IMG/VR virus record: IMGVR_UViG_3300027749_000091 | DNA: 64,000 bases | From: an uncultured virus (IMG/VR IMGVR_UViG_3300027749_000091) | Taxonomy: Duplodnaviria > Heunggongvirae > Uroviricota > Caudoviricetes | Strand: one strand, 5' to 3' | In this document: positions 38,308 to 48,511 of the stretch, piece by piece | Position numbering within the stretch: position 1 is the stretch's first letter | How the letters are laid out: each line of letters begins with the position of its first letter | Made by a program: the position numbers and the translations under genes | Notes under the pieces: generated by a model | Told to the model about the DNA's origin: nothing | The model's input: only the letters and a program-made list of their open reading frames with translations | Database searches by the model: none

Positions 38308-39561
38308 TTAACCTACCAATTGTTTGAGTCTAATATCGGCTAAGTCACTGCCAGATTTAACAAGTCCGCCTTTAGCGTAGCTTCTGATGTAACCACCCTT
38401 AGCAATACCAAGATAGTCCGCTGAACTTGGATCTGACATTGCATCTGTAATATTAAGATTGCTAAGATTTTCTCCAGTAGGAAGACCGCCACTTGGAGTA
38501 AAGATATTTTTAATTCCGCCATAAGCGTCTTTAATTGCGCCTGTAATATTACTCATTCCATCTTTACCTAATAGCCCAAGCGCAGCTATTCCAGCGGTAC
38601 CTAAACCGCCAATTTGAGAAGCTTTATTAGGAGCAGCTTGATAACCTTGCTGAGTTCCTTGTTGTGATGCTGTAGTTGTTTGGCTGCCTACTGGAAGTCC
38701 TTGCAACATACTTTGTTGGGCTTGTAACAGTTGCTGTGGCATTAAGTATTGTTGTGTACCTAATTGATTCTGTAATTGGGCGGCAGATTGCTGTTGGTTA
38801 AATTGGTTCTGACCAAGTTGCCCTAAAGTGCTAGCGCCTTGTAAACCTAAACCATAAGCATTCTGTGCGCCAGAAACACCTTGTAAGCCAGCTTGTTGAC
38901 CCTGTATACCAACACCAAGACCTTGAAGTCCTAAGTTAGCGCCAAACTGTTGAGCTTGTTGCGCTTGATTAAATGCCGCGTTATATCCTTGTCCAATAGC
39001 TTGTTGGCGAGCTAAGTCATAATTCTGGGCATTTAATCCTTGTGCTAAAGTTGCACGGTTTCCGCCAAATGCGCCCTGACCAACAGCCTTAGCGCTAATA
39101 CCTTGATTTGCTAAAGCTTGCTGTTGTGTAAGCATTGCTAGCTGGGGAGCAAGCGCCTGTTGAATATAAGGGTTCATGTAGGCTGCCATCTGATTAGGAT
39201 CAGTAGCCATGTTCTGGTAGTTTTGCCCAGCCTGTGTAGCTTGTTGACCATATCCAGAAGCGGTCTGTCCATACCCTAATGCGGTTCCAGCCGTACCCAT
39301 AGCGCCTTGGGCCGCTTGGTTAGCCATACCTGTAGCTTGACCAATTTGTGGGGCGACACCTAAGTTTGCTGCATTAGTATAAGACTGTTGTTGCAGTGCA
39401 GTAGGAGTTGCAGTCAATGCTTGAGCATTGGTTAACAAGTTATTTACATAAGGTTGAGCAAATGCACTAATGCCACCAGTAGTAGTCGAAACATTGTTCG
39501 CTAAATTGGTTTGCTGGCTTTGTGGGGTAGAAGATATACCCTGAGCGTCGAATAATCCCAT
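38308..39561 (-). CDS. Gln/Gly/Ala-rich DNA ejection (pilot) protein
   Basis: YMNPY.QQ...GAFGG.R pattern, composition, and position among internal virion genes. Confidence 0.6.
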   Translation of the reverse strand: MGLFDAQGISSTPQSQQTNLANNVSTTTGGISAFAQPYVNNLLTNAQALTATPTALQQQSYTNAANLGVAPQIGQATGMANQAAQGAMGTAGTALGYGQTASGYGQQATQAGQNYQNMATDPNQMAAYMNPYIQQALAPQLAMLTQQQALANQGISAKAVGQGAFGGNRATLAQGLNAQNYDLARQQAIGQGYNAAFNQAQQAQQFGANLGLQGLGVGIQGQQAGLQGVSGAQNAYGLGLQGASTLGQLGQNQFNQQQSAAQLQNQLGTQQYLMPQQLLQAQQSMLQGLPVGSQTTTASQQGTQQGYQAAPNKASQIGGLGTAGIAALGLLGKDGMSNITGAIKDAYGGIKNIFTPSGGLPTGENLSNLNITDAMSDPSSADYLGIAKGGYIRSYAKGGLVKSGSDLADIRLKQLVG

Positions 39562-39564
39562 AAT

Positions 39565-40923
39565 TTAATTCCTTGGTAAAAACTTACTTGCGTTAATCTG
39601 TTTACCCTGTTTAGGGTTGCCTGTTCTAGCTCTACGAATCTTGTCCATCATTTTGTATAAATGCTTTGCTCCAGCGTCTGTAGAGCCGTTACCTAAATGC
39701 GATACTACATCTGCGGGTATGACAAATTCACCGTCCGCAAGTCTGGCAGGTTGTTTATCACCTATTGTAGCTGGAATATGGTCACTCATGCCATCTCCGG
39801 GACCTTTTAAAAGCCTGCCACCGTCTGAATATCCGCCTAAATCTCCAATACCAGAATGCATAACGCCGCCTTGAGCGGCCATCATAGTACTACCTAAACT
39901 ATATAACCCCTTAGCGGCACCAATATCAGAACCGATATCTTTCCCGCCGCTTGAGGCTGCTCCGTATAAGTTTTTACCTAAACCATATGCTTTGTATGCA
40001 GTTTGAAGATCAGCAAGTCCTAAGCCAGCGTCAGCAACTGTTGGAAGAGCGGCTTCAGCGCCAACGGCGGCGGGAGCTAATGCAGCACCTGCGCCAGCGG
40101 TTAAAGCAGCTATGCCTACATTTTGTAGAATGGGTTGAAGATCTTTTTGAAAGCTAAATCCAGATCCACCAGTTTCAGCCAAACTAGCTATGCGCTGTAC
40201 ATTCCGATTGCGGGCTTGTCCAAAGTTTTGACTAACAATAGAATTAATTTCTTCTGGAGCAAGACCAGCCGCTTGCGCTTCTGGAACCATACTTGCAATT
40301 TCTTGTTCCGTTGGGGCGTTTCTTTCACCACGATTTTGACCTACTTGCCAGCCCATTGAGTGTGCTTTAAAACCAAGTTGGTTTTTATAATAATCTTTTG
40401 GTACTATATCTTTAAGGCCTTGAAGCTGATTATATTCGGTGTCGTAATTCTCGTTACCTTGATAAGCATTAATAATTTGCTTGCCTAATTTATCAGCAAC
40501 TTGGCTATAAAATTGTTTTGGATCTTTACTTTTTAACTCATAAAAAGCTTGTGCTTCTGCTGGATCATTTGCAACCGCGCTTTTTGGGTTAAAGAAAGTA
40601 GACTGTATATATGGGTCATTGCGGGCTTCTGCGGTAGCTACAATCTTTCCGTTTGAGTCAACTAAATTTCCATTATCGTCATTAGAATAAGTAGGTTGCA
40701 CGTCACCACCTTCATCATACCGCAGTGCAGCAATTCCACCATTAGCTAGTTTCATTTCACCAGTATATGGATCTGTTTTTGCTTCATAGCTAGCGTTAAG
40801 GGCGCTTGAGCTTATTGGTGCTTGAGAAGGCGTAGCGTACTGAGACGGCACTTGTTGGCTGCCCGGATACATTTGATTCTGTTCTATAGGCGTATTTAAG
40901 CCTGCTATTCCGCTAGAATACAT
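39565..40923 (-). CDS. Internal virion protein
   Basis: C-terminal GPGDGMSD.IPA...ARLADGEFVIPADVVS.LGNGS module. Confidence 0.6.
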   Translation of the reverse strand: MYSSGIAGLNTPIEQNQMYPGSQQVPSQYATPSQAPISSSALNASYEAKTDPYTGEMKLANGGIAALRYDEGGDVQPTYSNDDNGNLVDSNGKIVATAEARNDPYIQSTFFNPKSAVANDPAEAQAFYELKSKDPKQFYSQVADKLGKQIINAYQGNENYDTEYNQLQGLKDIVPKDYYKNQLGFKAHSMGWQVGQNRGERNAPTEQEIASMVPEAQAAGLAPEEINSIVSQNFGQARNRNVQRIASLAETGGSGFSFQKDLQPILQNVGIAALTAGAGAALAPAAVGAEAALPTVADAGLGLADLQTAYKAYGLGKNLYGAASSGGKDIGSDIGAAKGLYSLGSTMMAAQGGVMHSGIGDLGGYSDGGRLLKGPGDGMSDHIPATIGDKQPARLADGEFVIPADVVSHLGNGSTDAGAKHLYKMMDKIRRARTGNPKQGKQINASKFLPRN

Positions 40924-40957
40924 AGTAGTCCTTCTTAATATTTGCTGATTTTACCAT

Positions 40958-41263
40958 TTAAATCTTGACTTTCAAAACATTAGCGTTAGCTGTATCAACA
41001 TAAACCGAACCTACTGTAATATTGGCGTAATCGGCTTGGGTTGGAAGACTAACTACTCTGGCATTGGTAGCATTAGCTTCGCTAAAATTAAGGGCAGAAA
41101 TGACCGCCGTTCCGTTACGTTGTGTAGACATTACCGAGGGTCCCGGATTATCTAGCTGGTTAAAGTAAAGCCGCAAGACGTTATTAAATTGGTCTTGGAA
41201 TTGTTGGTTATACTCAACCGGCGCAATTGGTAAGTTAGGTGCTTTAGTAGTGCCTGTACTCAT
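40958..41263 (-). CDS. Small tail-associated structural protein
   Basis: APNLP.AP.EY...F.NVLRLYFNQLD. Coupled to the nozzle-like gene. Confidence 0.5.
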   Translation of the reverse strand: MSTGTTKAPNLPIAPVEYNQQFQDQFNNVLRLYFNQLDNPGPSVMSTQRNGTAVISALNFSEANATNARVVSLPTQADYANITVGSVYVDTANANVLKVKI

Positions 41264-43422
41264 GAGCGTCTTCCGTCTGGTCTAATATCAATCCTTGGTG
41301 CGCCTAGCTGCCAAGCCACACCCAATCCATCTGAGCTAATCTTCATTGCCATTTGGCGACCACGTAAGCGGGTATAAACCTGTCCTGTAAACTGTTGTAC
41401 CGTATATTGGGGGTATGTTACATAGTTCTGTGAACTTGTTGTAGTGGCGTTAGCTGCATCCCCATAGGCTGAACCTGAGTTTTGACGGGGTTGAAGTTCC
41501 ATAACAACAGAAGGCTGGTCTACATTTGAGCCATTAAAGTTAACATCGGGCAACATTCTCCAGACATAAGCAAAGTTATTTCCATCCCCAATATCAAAAT
41601 CGGAAGACTGTACATAGGCATTAATTGGTAAGCTAGATAAACCACCCGCATCATCCGTGCCAACCTCATGGTAAACAACTCGCCCTGTTGGGTTTAATAA
41701 AGCATCTGCGCCAACAATATACACACCCATTGGGTTTGGACGAATACCAGAATCTAGCCACGAAGTACGGTTTAAATTACCATAAGACCAAACACGATCT
41801 AAGTAGTTATAGATTACATACTTATCAATTACCGTACTGTTTTGTGAACAATAGAACCACCAAATTTCATTAAATCCTTCATTAGATCCTACGGTAACTT
41901 GCCATGCTTGATCTTTATTAATATCAGCAAAAACATATTGCCGCAGCGCACAAGGCAAAGTTTCCACCCTACCAGAATACATATAGAACTTGTCCGTACC
42001 CATCCAGTAAGTAATGTTGTTAATTGTAATAATTGCATTTGGCCCCATAATTGAAGTGTTATCCATAATTACTTGGAAGCCCCAAACATAGGGTGGCCCT
42101 AAATACTGCATTGAATACACGGTTGAATCCGTTAACACTAAAACTTCCTGACGGGTGTTAATCGTAGCTACAATATATGAACCGTGCGAAAGTCTAAATT
42201 CACCAGCTTGATTAGTTATGGCTGGAACCCATTCGTAAGGGTTTTCTTGGTCTGACCAGCGTACCAACATAGGGTCAAAAGGAGTGTTAGAATTTGTAGA
42301 ATCATAACTATTAGCGCCAAAAGCCATTACAAATCGTTGAATATCTGAAGCTACAACTTCATTAGTTGTATGTGGCACCCATACACCAGACCCGCTAGAT
42401 ACAACGTTTGCTAAATCTGCTAAATATTCTGCTCTATTACCTGTGCCATTTGCCGCCGTCCAGTAAAAAATTGGACCCCCACGAGGAGCTAAAACTAAGT
42501 CCTGACCATAGTTATCATTAGTCCAAAGCCGCAATTGTTGTCCTACGCCAGCGCCAGTATTATAAGCAGAACCCCAAGTACCTCGACTCCAAGGCCCAGC
42601 ACCCCAGCCATTACCAATAGAGTAAATAGCTAAACCAACCGGGTATTCGTTTTGAACCGTTATATTAGCTAAGTTTGTGGCAGAAGAAGTACTAAAAGTA
42701 ATATTGGATAAGTTATTGTCAGATCCGGGAGCAGATAAAATGTAGCTGTAGTTAGCTGCATATTTGAAAGTCTGATGTTCGCCGTTAATAGTTGTGTTAG
42801 CTATGCCACCTACGTTAGATACCGAACAGTTAGAAATAATAATAAAGTCACCATTATTAGCATCATTATTAGTGTCATACCATTGAAAGAACCCGCTAGA
42901 TACATTAGCGCCAGCCGTATGAGAAGCTGCCGTAGTATTGTTAAACCCTCTTACGCATGAAGAGGCAGTATTGGCTGTTAGGGTGCTATAAAAAATCTGT
43001 TCCGTATCAATCTTAATAATGCCGTTTTGAGCGGGCATATACCTAGCATTAGTCATTACTACAGTTGTAGTAGAGTTTGAAATAGTGTTAACTAGGGTTG
43101 TAAAGCCAACCGATATAGCATTAACTTCATTAGCCGAGGCAACGATTGGTGTAATGTCGTAGTAAATACCGCCGTTTTCAATATAGTATTTAAGGTTAGT
43201 TCCAATACCAAGTAAGTTGGCACCAGCTAATGTAGCCCAGTTCCATAAAGATCTAGCAACACCAAGGAAGTAGTTAATGCTTAACCGTGTCCAACCACCA
43301 ATTTTTTCAGGGTAGCCAGAACGGAAACGAATCTTATCACCATCATAATATCCACCCTCATTCGAGTAGTTAGTGCCTTCACGATTTAAACCGGGGCGCA
43401 ATTGAATTTTTTGTAATGGCAT
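41260..43422 (-). CDS. Tail nozzle / DNA-stabilisation protein (P22 gp10- or T7 gp12-like)
   Basis: 720 aa, beta-rich; RFRSG.PEKIGGW, LVRWSDQE, WMG...FY.Y.G. Position in the tail module. Confidence 0.7.
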   Translation of the reverse strand: MPLQKIQLRPGLNREGTNYSNEGGYYDGDKIRFRSGYPEKIGGWTRLSINYFLGVARSLWNWATLAGANLLGIGTNLKYYIENGGIYYDITPIVASANEVNAISVGFTTLVNTISNSTTTVVMTNARYMPAQNGIIKIDTEQIFYSTLTANTASSCVRGFNNTTAASHTAGANVSSGFFQWYDTNNDANNGDFIIISNCSVSNVGGIANTTINGEHQTFKYAANYSYILSAPGSDNNLSNITFSTSSATNLANITVQNEYPVGLAIYSIGNGWGAGPWSRGTWGSAYNTGAGVGQQLRLWTNDNYGQDLVLAPRGGPIFYWTAANGTGNRAEYLADLANVVSSGSGVWVPHTTNEVVASDIQRFVMAFGANSYDSTNSNTPFDPMLVRWSDQENPYEWVPAITNQAGEFRLSHGSYIVATINTRQEVLVLTDSTVYSMQYLGPPYVWGFQVIMDNTSIMGPNAIITINNITYWMGTDKFYMYSGRVETLPCALRQYVFADINKDQAWQVTVGSNEGFNEIWWFYCSQNSTVIDKYVIYNYLDRVWSYGNLNRTSWLDSGIRPNPMGVYIVGADALLNPTGRVVYHEVGTDDAGGLSSLPINAYVQSSDFDIGDGNNFAYVWRMLPDVNFNGSNVDQPSVVMELQPRQNSGSAYGDAANATTTSSQNYVTYPQYTVQQFTGQVYTRLRGRQMAMKISSDGLGVAWQLGAPRIDIRPDGRRS

Positions 43423-43424
43423 AG

Positions 43425-44012
43425 TTACCCTAGTACCTGTAGTGCTTTGGTTATTTTAGCAATTCTTTCGTCTAAACCCGTAAGACCGCCGTTAATTCTT
43501 CTGGTCATTACGCCGTATTCTTGTGTGTCTGCCAACAGATTTAGCTGCTTACGATTCCAGTACCAGCCCGCACTTAAAGCGGCATATTTGGGAGTGAGTA
43601 ATAAATCAGGGTTATCAATAAAATCGACACCAACACCACTTCCGCAATTCGCATAATTCTCTCTACCTGTTAATTGTATTAAACCTCTACCGTGAAACTT
43701 CCAGCCATCGCCGTCTTGAAGATTACCCATCCGTCCAGCGTATACAAAATTAGCCAGCTTTTCTGGGTTGTTAGCGTAAGGTTCTGCCATACTAATATTA
43801 GGAAAACGGCTAGGCCAGACTTGCGTTAGTCTTTGGGCGGAGTAATTAAGGTTTTCTTGTAAACGAGTAAAGTTAGCGCTCTCAACAGCACACTGACCAA
43901 TAAACGCTGCTTGACGCTTTGGTGTGTCGAGGTCATATTTAACAAAGACTTGATTTAACGGGATTTCCCATTTGGTGTCTATGCCAAGTTTTTTTAATTG
44001 CAAGCTGTTCAT
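43425..44012 (-). CDS. Glycoside hydrolase family 19 endolysin
   Basis: QAAFIGQ..VES, ENLNYS, GRGLIQLTGRENY, TRRINGG..GL..R. Confidence 0.92.
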   Translation of the reverse strand: MNSLQLKKLGIDTKWEIPLNQVFVKYDLDTPKRQAAFIGQCAVESANFTRLQENLNYSAQRLTQVWPSRFPNISMAEPYANNPEKLANFVYAGRMGNLQDGDGWKFHGRGLIQLTGRENYANCGSGVGVDFIDNPDLLLTPKYAALSAGWYWNRKQLNLLADTQEYGVMTRRINGGLTGLDERIAKITKALQVLG

Positions 44013-44428
44013 TTGGCGTTAAAGATTCCAATTTGTTCGCTCAACCAACCTTGAAGGCTAACGAGCTGTTGCGTAGTCATTGCGCATTTTTCAATAAATT
44101 TAGGGTCAGTGGAGGTGCCATCAGTTGGGCTGGTGGTGTTGGAAATTGTGCCTGTTTGACCGGTACTGGAGAGGCGCATCCCACCATAAGTACGCTTAAT
44201 AAGAGCAATGCGATTTTCATAATCATTTTTAACCTTTTCATTAACTTGTGCGGCTTCTTTAGCCTTTGATTTATTAGCTAGTTCCTGCTCTTTAGCAGCC
44301 AGTTCAGCCTTAGATACATAGGCATCATACTTAGCAGACTCGTATTTGCCGTAGCCTAAACCACCCAATGCAAGAACAGCACAGGCAGCGTAGATATAAA
44401 ACTGAACAGGAATCATTAGCCCAAACAT
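44009..44428 (-). CDS. Spanin-like membrane-anchored coiled-coil protein
   Basis: N-terminal transmembrane segment, coiled coil, adjacent to the endolysin. Confidence 0.55.
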   Translation of the reverse strand: MFGLMIPVQFYIYAACAVLALGGLGYGKYESAKYDAYVSKAELAAKEQELANKSKAKEAAQVNEKVKNDYENRIALIKRTYGGMRLSSTGQTGTISNTTSPTDGTSTDPKFIEKCAMTTQQLVSLQGWLSEQIGIFNAK

Positions 44429-44982
44429 TAGACAATCCTCGGTGAGAATGCAAAGGTAGCTGGGTAGTCGTGTATTAGGGCTGTGTTGTCATGCCATTGA
44501 TCTGGTGTAATGAAGCCGGGTTCTACGAGAGCCTTGATGTTCCAACCAAAGTTTAAGTATAAGCACTTTGATCCTAAGCTTTTGTAATATATCCACTGAA
44601 ACAAACCATGACCAGTAACAAGAATATGACCCGGATTAGTTGGGCTACAGTTTAAATCGCCAGAGTACGACATACCAGACGAGCCATCAAAAGTTACTAC
44701 GGCAAATCCATAAAACGGGTTACGCCAAAGCCATTGGACTCGTGACCACCAAGAATGGCTGTGTTTCTCTTCCCAACCAGCATCACCGTCTAAGCTGTTA
44801 TCAGGAGTCTGGAACCAAGTAAAGAGACTAATCAAGCGTGGGCCTACGGCTTTAGCAGTAGCATTATTAACCCAGCCCATTTCGTCCTTTTTGAATAGTA
44901 CGATGAATAGTGCTAAAGGAAAGGTTAAGACTGTACCAATTAGATTAATAACTACTAGAAACGGATAAAGTAAAAAGCTCAT
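44428..44982 (-). CDS. Membrane-anchored hypothetical protein
   Basis: N-terminal hydrophobic stretch; WFQTPDNSLDGD, WLWRNP.YGF. Confidence 0.55.
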   Translation of the reverse strand: MSFLLYPFLVVINLIGTVLTFPLALFIVLFKKDEMGWVNNATAKAVGPRLISLFTWFQTPDNSLDGDAGWEEKHSHSWWSRVQWLWRNPFYGFAVVTFDGSSGMSYSGDLNCSPTNPGHILVTGHGLFQWIYYKSLGSKCLYLNFGWNIKALVEPGFITPDQWHDNTALIHDYPATFAFSPRIV

Positions 44983-45185
44983 TTGTCGTCCAATGGTTTA
45001 GTTGTATAAAAGCGCAAAATAGCGCAAATAATACCTATGCTCACAAAAATGGTTCCGTAGTACTTAGGACTAATAACATCCTGAAGATACGAAAAGTTAT
45101 CATATAGCGCACCAATAATAACCAAAGCCAACGAGAACCACATCGTCCGTGACCTAACCATTTGTTTCATTGTTACGTGCATCAT
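44979..45185 (-). CDS. Putative holin
   Basis: 68 aa with two hydrophobic segments, in the lysis module. Confidence 0.55.
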   Translation of the reverse strand: MMHVTMKQMVRSRTMWFSLALVIIGALYDNFSYLQDVISPKYYGTIFVSIGIICAILRFYTTKPLDDK

Positions 45186-45325
45186 TTTTTACGGGTTGTT
45201 ACTTTTTTAACAACGGTTTTGCGGGCAGCCTTTTTAACGGGCTTTTCTGCTGGGAAAGGCCAAGGTGCGGGCACGGGTTTACGAACATAGCCTAAACGGT
45301 CAAAGATATAGTCAATAATAAACAT
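45182..45325 (-). CDS. Small Lys/Pro-rich basic protein (47 aa; absent from ORF track)
   Basis: MFIIDYIFDRLGY...PWPFP..KPVKKAARKTVVKKVTTRKK. Confidence 0.5.
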   Translation of the reverse strand: MFIIDYIFDRLGYVRKPVPAPWPFPAEKPVKKAARKTVVKKVTTRKK

Positions 45326-45537
45326 TAGAAAGTTATCCCAAATAGAGGTACGGAAGTTACTGCAACAGCAACGTGCTGAACAGGGTCAGATAAATTAGCG
45401 CCACAATCACTACACTTTTGCGCAGCCAATTCAAATTCGTCCACATCCCGACTACACTGCGGGCATAAGATTTCAACCTTAGTAGCGCAGTCGGTATTGT
45501 TTTCATCAAGAGTAACGGCTTGAGTTTCGATAATCAT
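45325..45537 (-). CDS. Small Zn-ribbon protein
   Basis: CPQC...CSDC. Confidence 0.6.
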   Translation of the reverse strand: MIIETQAVTLDENNTDCATKVEILCPQCSRDVDEFELAAQKCSDCGANLSDPVQHVAVAVTSVPLFGITF

Positions 45538-45926
45538 TAACTACTCCATTGGGCTGTTGGTACAGGGGGGAATACTGGGTTTGCTACTGGATAAACGATA
45601 TATTGCCGTACTGCATTACGATACGTATTAAATGCGGCTGAGTTCACCAGATATGGGTTTGACTTGGTTGAATCAGCAACGTCAGGAATAGTAGTCCAGT
45701 CGGTTTGATACAGTAGTTTACTGGCTTGGCTTTTACAATCTGCTAATGGTTGATTAGCATTTAATGAACTAATTTCAGCGTCACAGGCTGCTTGCGTTGG
45801 CTGGGCAATATTTACCGAATACCAAGATAACGTGTTGTAGTCATTGTTGTCTGTCATCGACCATTCTGCACCGGGAGCCAAAGCTACAATTGCTTGTGGA
45901 TAGCTATTAGGAAGTTCGTATGACAT
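45537..45926 (-). CDS. Tail fibre assembly chaperone-like protein
   Basis: ALAPGAEW N-terminus; LL.QTDWT.IPD...YR..VR...P.FP..P. Confidence 0.65.
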   Translation of the reverse strand: MSYELPNSYPQAIVALAPGAEWSMTDNNDYNTLSWYSVNIAQPTQAACDAEISSLNANQPLADCKSQASKLLYQTDWTTIPDVADSTKSNPYLVNSAAFNTYRNAVRQYIVYPVANPVFPPVPTAQWSS

Positions 45927-46849
45927 TATAAAATCTCCAGTAAAGTAATTCTTGCACTACTATATGCGCCCCAGTCTGCCGTTCCCCCACTATCTGCGGA
46001 AATGTAAGGTCGGTAAGTTAAAAGACTTGTTGATGATGGGGAGTCTAAAAGACTGATTCCAGTAGATCCGTAAAAGCTGTTTTGGCCTGTTGGTACTGCA
46101 GCCATAGCCATAGGAGAAGAACTATTTAAGTTTGTTGAATTACGGTATACAGTTAAAAAAGCATTACCACCATAGCCGTTGGTTTGCCAAAACATTCCGC
46201 TTACTAAAACAAGAATTTTGCTAGATACGGACGTTGGTGTAATATTTGCCAAACTACTTGTGGCTGTAAATGAACCTGAAGTTGTTGATCCAGTTCCGCC
46301 AGATGAAAATACAGTTTGAATAATACGTCCTGTAATTCCTGTATAGGTTGTAGCACTAATGGTATTAGCAGTAATCGTGCCATTTGCCGTAACGTTTGCG
46401 CCAGCCGTAATGCTTCCAGAAACAGCTAAATCGCCAGTAACACTATTGCCTGATGGGGTAGCATTATAAAAGTCGGTGCCGTCACAGTAAACTTGGGCAT
46501 ATGTGCCATTAGAAAGGGCTGCTCCAGTACCGCTTGAAGTCTTAATGGTAATTGTGTTACCCGACTGGTTCTTAATTAAATAGACTTTTTCTACTGCTGG
46601 GGCAATAAGATTTTGCGGGCTAGTAACCGGGCCACTTAATATCAATACCGCATTTCTAGCTTGGTCTACAGCACCGTTGTAGTTAGATAGGGTATAAGTC
46701 GCATTGGTCATTGTAATGGTTTCAACGCCCGTAATAGCTTGCTCAATAATAGAGCCTAAGTTAGTATTAGTCGTTGTACCCCAAGTGCCGGACTGTTCGC
46801 CGTTACCAATGAGTTCAATTCTGAGGGAGGTACTATAAGTTGAGGCCAC
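45926..46849 (-). CDS. Tail fibre/appendage protein
   Basis: MASTYS..LRIELI..GEQSGTWG..TN.NL; C-terminal GRIIQTV...NITPTS.SSKILV...ITLLEI module. Confidence 0.65.
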   Translation of the reverse strand: MASTYSTSLRIELIGNGEQSGTWGTTTNTNLGSIIEQAITGVETITMTNATYTLSNYNGAVDQARNAVLILSGPVTSPQNLIAPAVEKVYLIKNQSGNTITIKTSSGTGAALSNGTYAQVYCDGTDFYNATPSGNSVTGDLAVSGSITAGANVTANGTITANTISATTYTGITGRIIQTVFSSGGTGSTTSGSFTATSSLANITPTSVSSKILVLVSGMFWQTNGYGGNAFLTVYRNSTNLNSSSPMAMAAVPTGQNSFYGSTGISLLDSPSSTSLLTYRPYISADSGGTADWGAYSSARITLLEIL

Positions 46850-46851
46850 GG

Positions 46852-47424
46852 TTAAGCTCCTAACAATGAAAGACCACGTTTTTTGGTCTTAAGATTACTA
46901 ATATAAGACTGCGTTAGTCCTGTAGCTGCGACAATCTCTCTTTGTTTACTTCCTTGTTTTAATAGTTCCATAGCTTTTAATACCATTTCTTTAGGATGTT
47001 TTCTTGCCATATCATTTAAAAGTGCTTTTCCAGTTCTGCCAATTGATATAGCAAGTTTTTGTGCAGCGGTACGTTTTTGCCCAATGCGAGCTAATCTTGC
47101 CCTTTCAACGGCTTCTCTGGGCATTTTGCCAGCACCTTCTCCGCCATACGTAAGGTTGTATCCACCGCCATTGCGAATATATGTATTATGCTTTGCAATT
47201 AGTTGTATTTCCATCTGTTGGATGTCTTCAAGATCTTTTCCCTCATAAACGGTTTCTACAGTAAATGCATCTGAACCGTATTCTTTAATGGCGTTATAAA
47301 ATGGGTAATTCAACCCGTTATTTGCACAAGCCTTATGTTGTAACCAACGTTTGTGAACCGTACGGCTAGTAATGCCAATATATAGCATTCCATTTACCGT
47401 ATTCGTTATTTTATATACAAACAT
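46852..47424 (-). CDS. Free-standing GIY-YIG homing endonuclease
   Basis: VYKITN..NG..YIG.T...KRW.QH, E...I, GYNLT.GGEG; C-terminal HTH. Confidence 0.88.
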   Translation of the reverse strand: MFVYKITNTVNGMLYIGITSRTVHKRWLQHKACANNGLNYPFYNAIKEYGSDAFTVETVYEGKDLEDIQQMEIQLIAKHNTYIRNGGGYNLTYGGEGAGKMPREAVERARLARIGQKRTAAQKLAISIGRTGKALLNDMARKHPKEMVLKAMELLKQGSKQREIVAATGLTQSYISNLKTKKRGLSLLGA

Positions 47425-47434
47425 TCTTTATCCT

Positions 47435-48337
47435 TTATGCTGCTATTAAATCCCATTCGGTTACTGCATTATCTGTAACTTGTGTCCATGTAGCGCTATT
47501 GCTATCGTTTATTTGTGTCCAAGTTGTTGTGTAATTGTCGGGTATTTGACCCCAGACTAACACTTGCCCAATTATACCTGTAGCTTGAACGCCTGTTAAG
47601 TAGATAACGGCACTTCCTGTAATGCTTACATTGCCTACCTGACCTACCGCTTGTACCCCTGTTACCCTGATATTTTGGGTTAAGGTTACTGTTACATTGC
47701 CTAGCTGAGTAGGAGCTTGAACTCCTGTTACAGCCATATTTACACTAGTTGCCGTACTAACCGTACCTACATATCCTACTGCCTGAAGTCCTGTGGCGTT
47801 AACTCCTGCGCCCGTTTTGGTTGTTACCGTACCAAGTTTACCTACGCCTTGAACCCCAGTTACCGAAACACTTCCAGCAGCAGTTGCCGTAACCGTGCCT
47901 ACTTGTCCTACACCTTGAACCCCTGTTACATTGACTACGGCAGTACCCGTAACCCTTGCAGTACCTATGTATCCTACTGATTGAACGCCCGTTACATTAA
48001 CAACGGTTGTTGGTGTTGCTATTACGGTACCAAGCTGGCCTATGCCCTCTACGCCAGATAAAAATACATTTGCATTGGCGGCTATTGTTACTGAGCCTAC
48101 CTGCCCTACACCCTGAACGCCCGTTAAAAGAACGCCTACGCCCTGTGCGACTGTTACAGTACCTACTTGACCAACGGCTTGAACGCCCGTTACCGATACA
48201 TTAGCAGCTCCCGTTACACTAGCAGTACCTAAATAGCCAACCGCCTGTACGCCCGTAACAAGTACTGAAACACTAATGGATCCAGTACCCCCAGTGTCTG
48301 CAAAGGGAGCCGATGCGAATGGGCTAAATCCGAACAT
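47435..48337 (-). CDS. Structural protein with VTGVQAVGQVGTV tandem repeats
   Basis: About ten imperfect repeats of roughly 21-22 aa. Confidence 0.7.
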   Translation of the reverse strand: MFGFSPFASAPFADTGGTGSISVSVLVTGVQAVGYLGTASVTGAANVSVTGVQAVGQVGTVTVAQGVGVLLTGVQGVGQVGSVTIAANANVFLSGVEGIGQLGTVIATPTTVVNVTGVQSVGYIGTARVTGTAVVNVTGVQGVGQVGTVTATAAGSVSVTGVQGVGKLGTVTTKTGAGVNATGLQAVGYVGTVSTATSVNMAVTGVQAPTQLGNVTVTLTQNIRVTGVQAVGQVGNVSITGSAVIYLTGVQATGIIGQVLVWGQIPDNYTTTWTQINDSNSATWTQVTDNAVTEWDLIAA

Positions 48338-48347
48338 GGTCTATCCC

Positions 48348-48500
48348 TTAAGCCGTGTAAGTACCAGAAGCTGTGTAAGTTAAGATTGTTTTTGTACCAC
48401 TAGTAGTTACTGTTGGTGAACCTGTAGTTGTGCCTGTGTAAATTCCTGTTGGAATAGCCAAAATAACCACTCCGTTTTCTACTTTTGCGAAATGTGAAAT
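48348..48500 (-). pseudogene. Deletion-fusion relic of an SHFAKVENG-type gene and a Gly-rich fibre C-terminus
   Basis: RBS GGAG, ATT in place of ATG, then SHFAKVENG fused to VVILAIPT..YTGTTTGSPTVTTSG..TYTASGTYTA*. Confidence 0.75.
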
Positions 48501-48511
48501 TTTAACTCTCC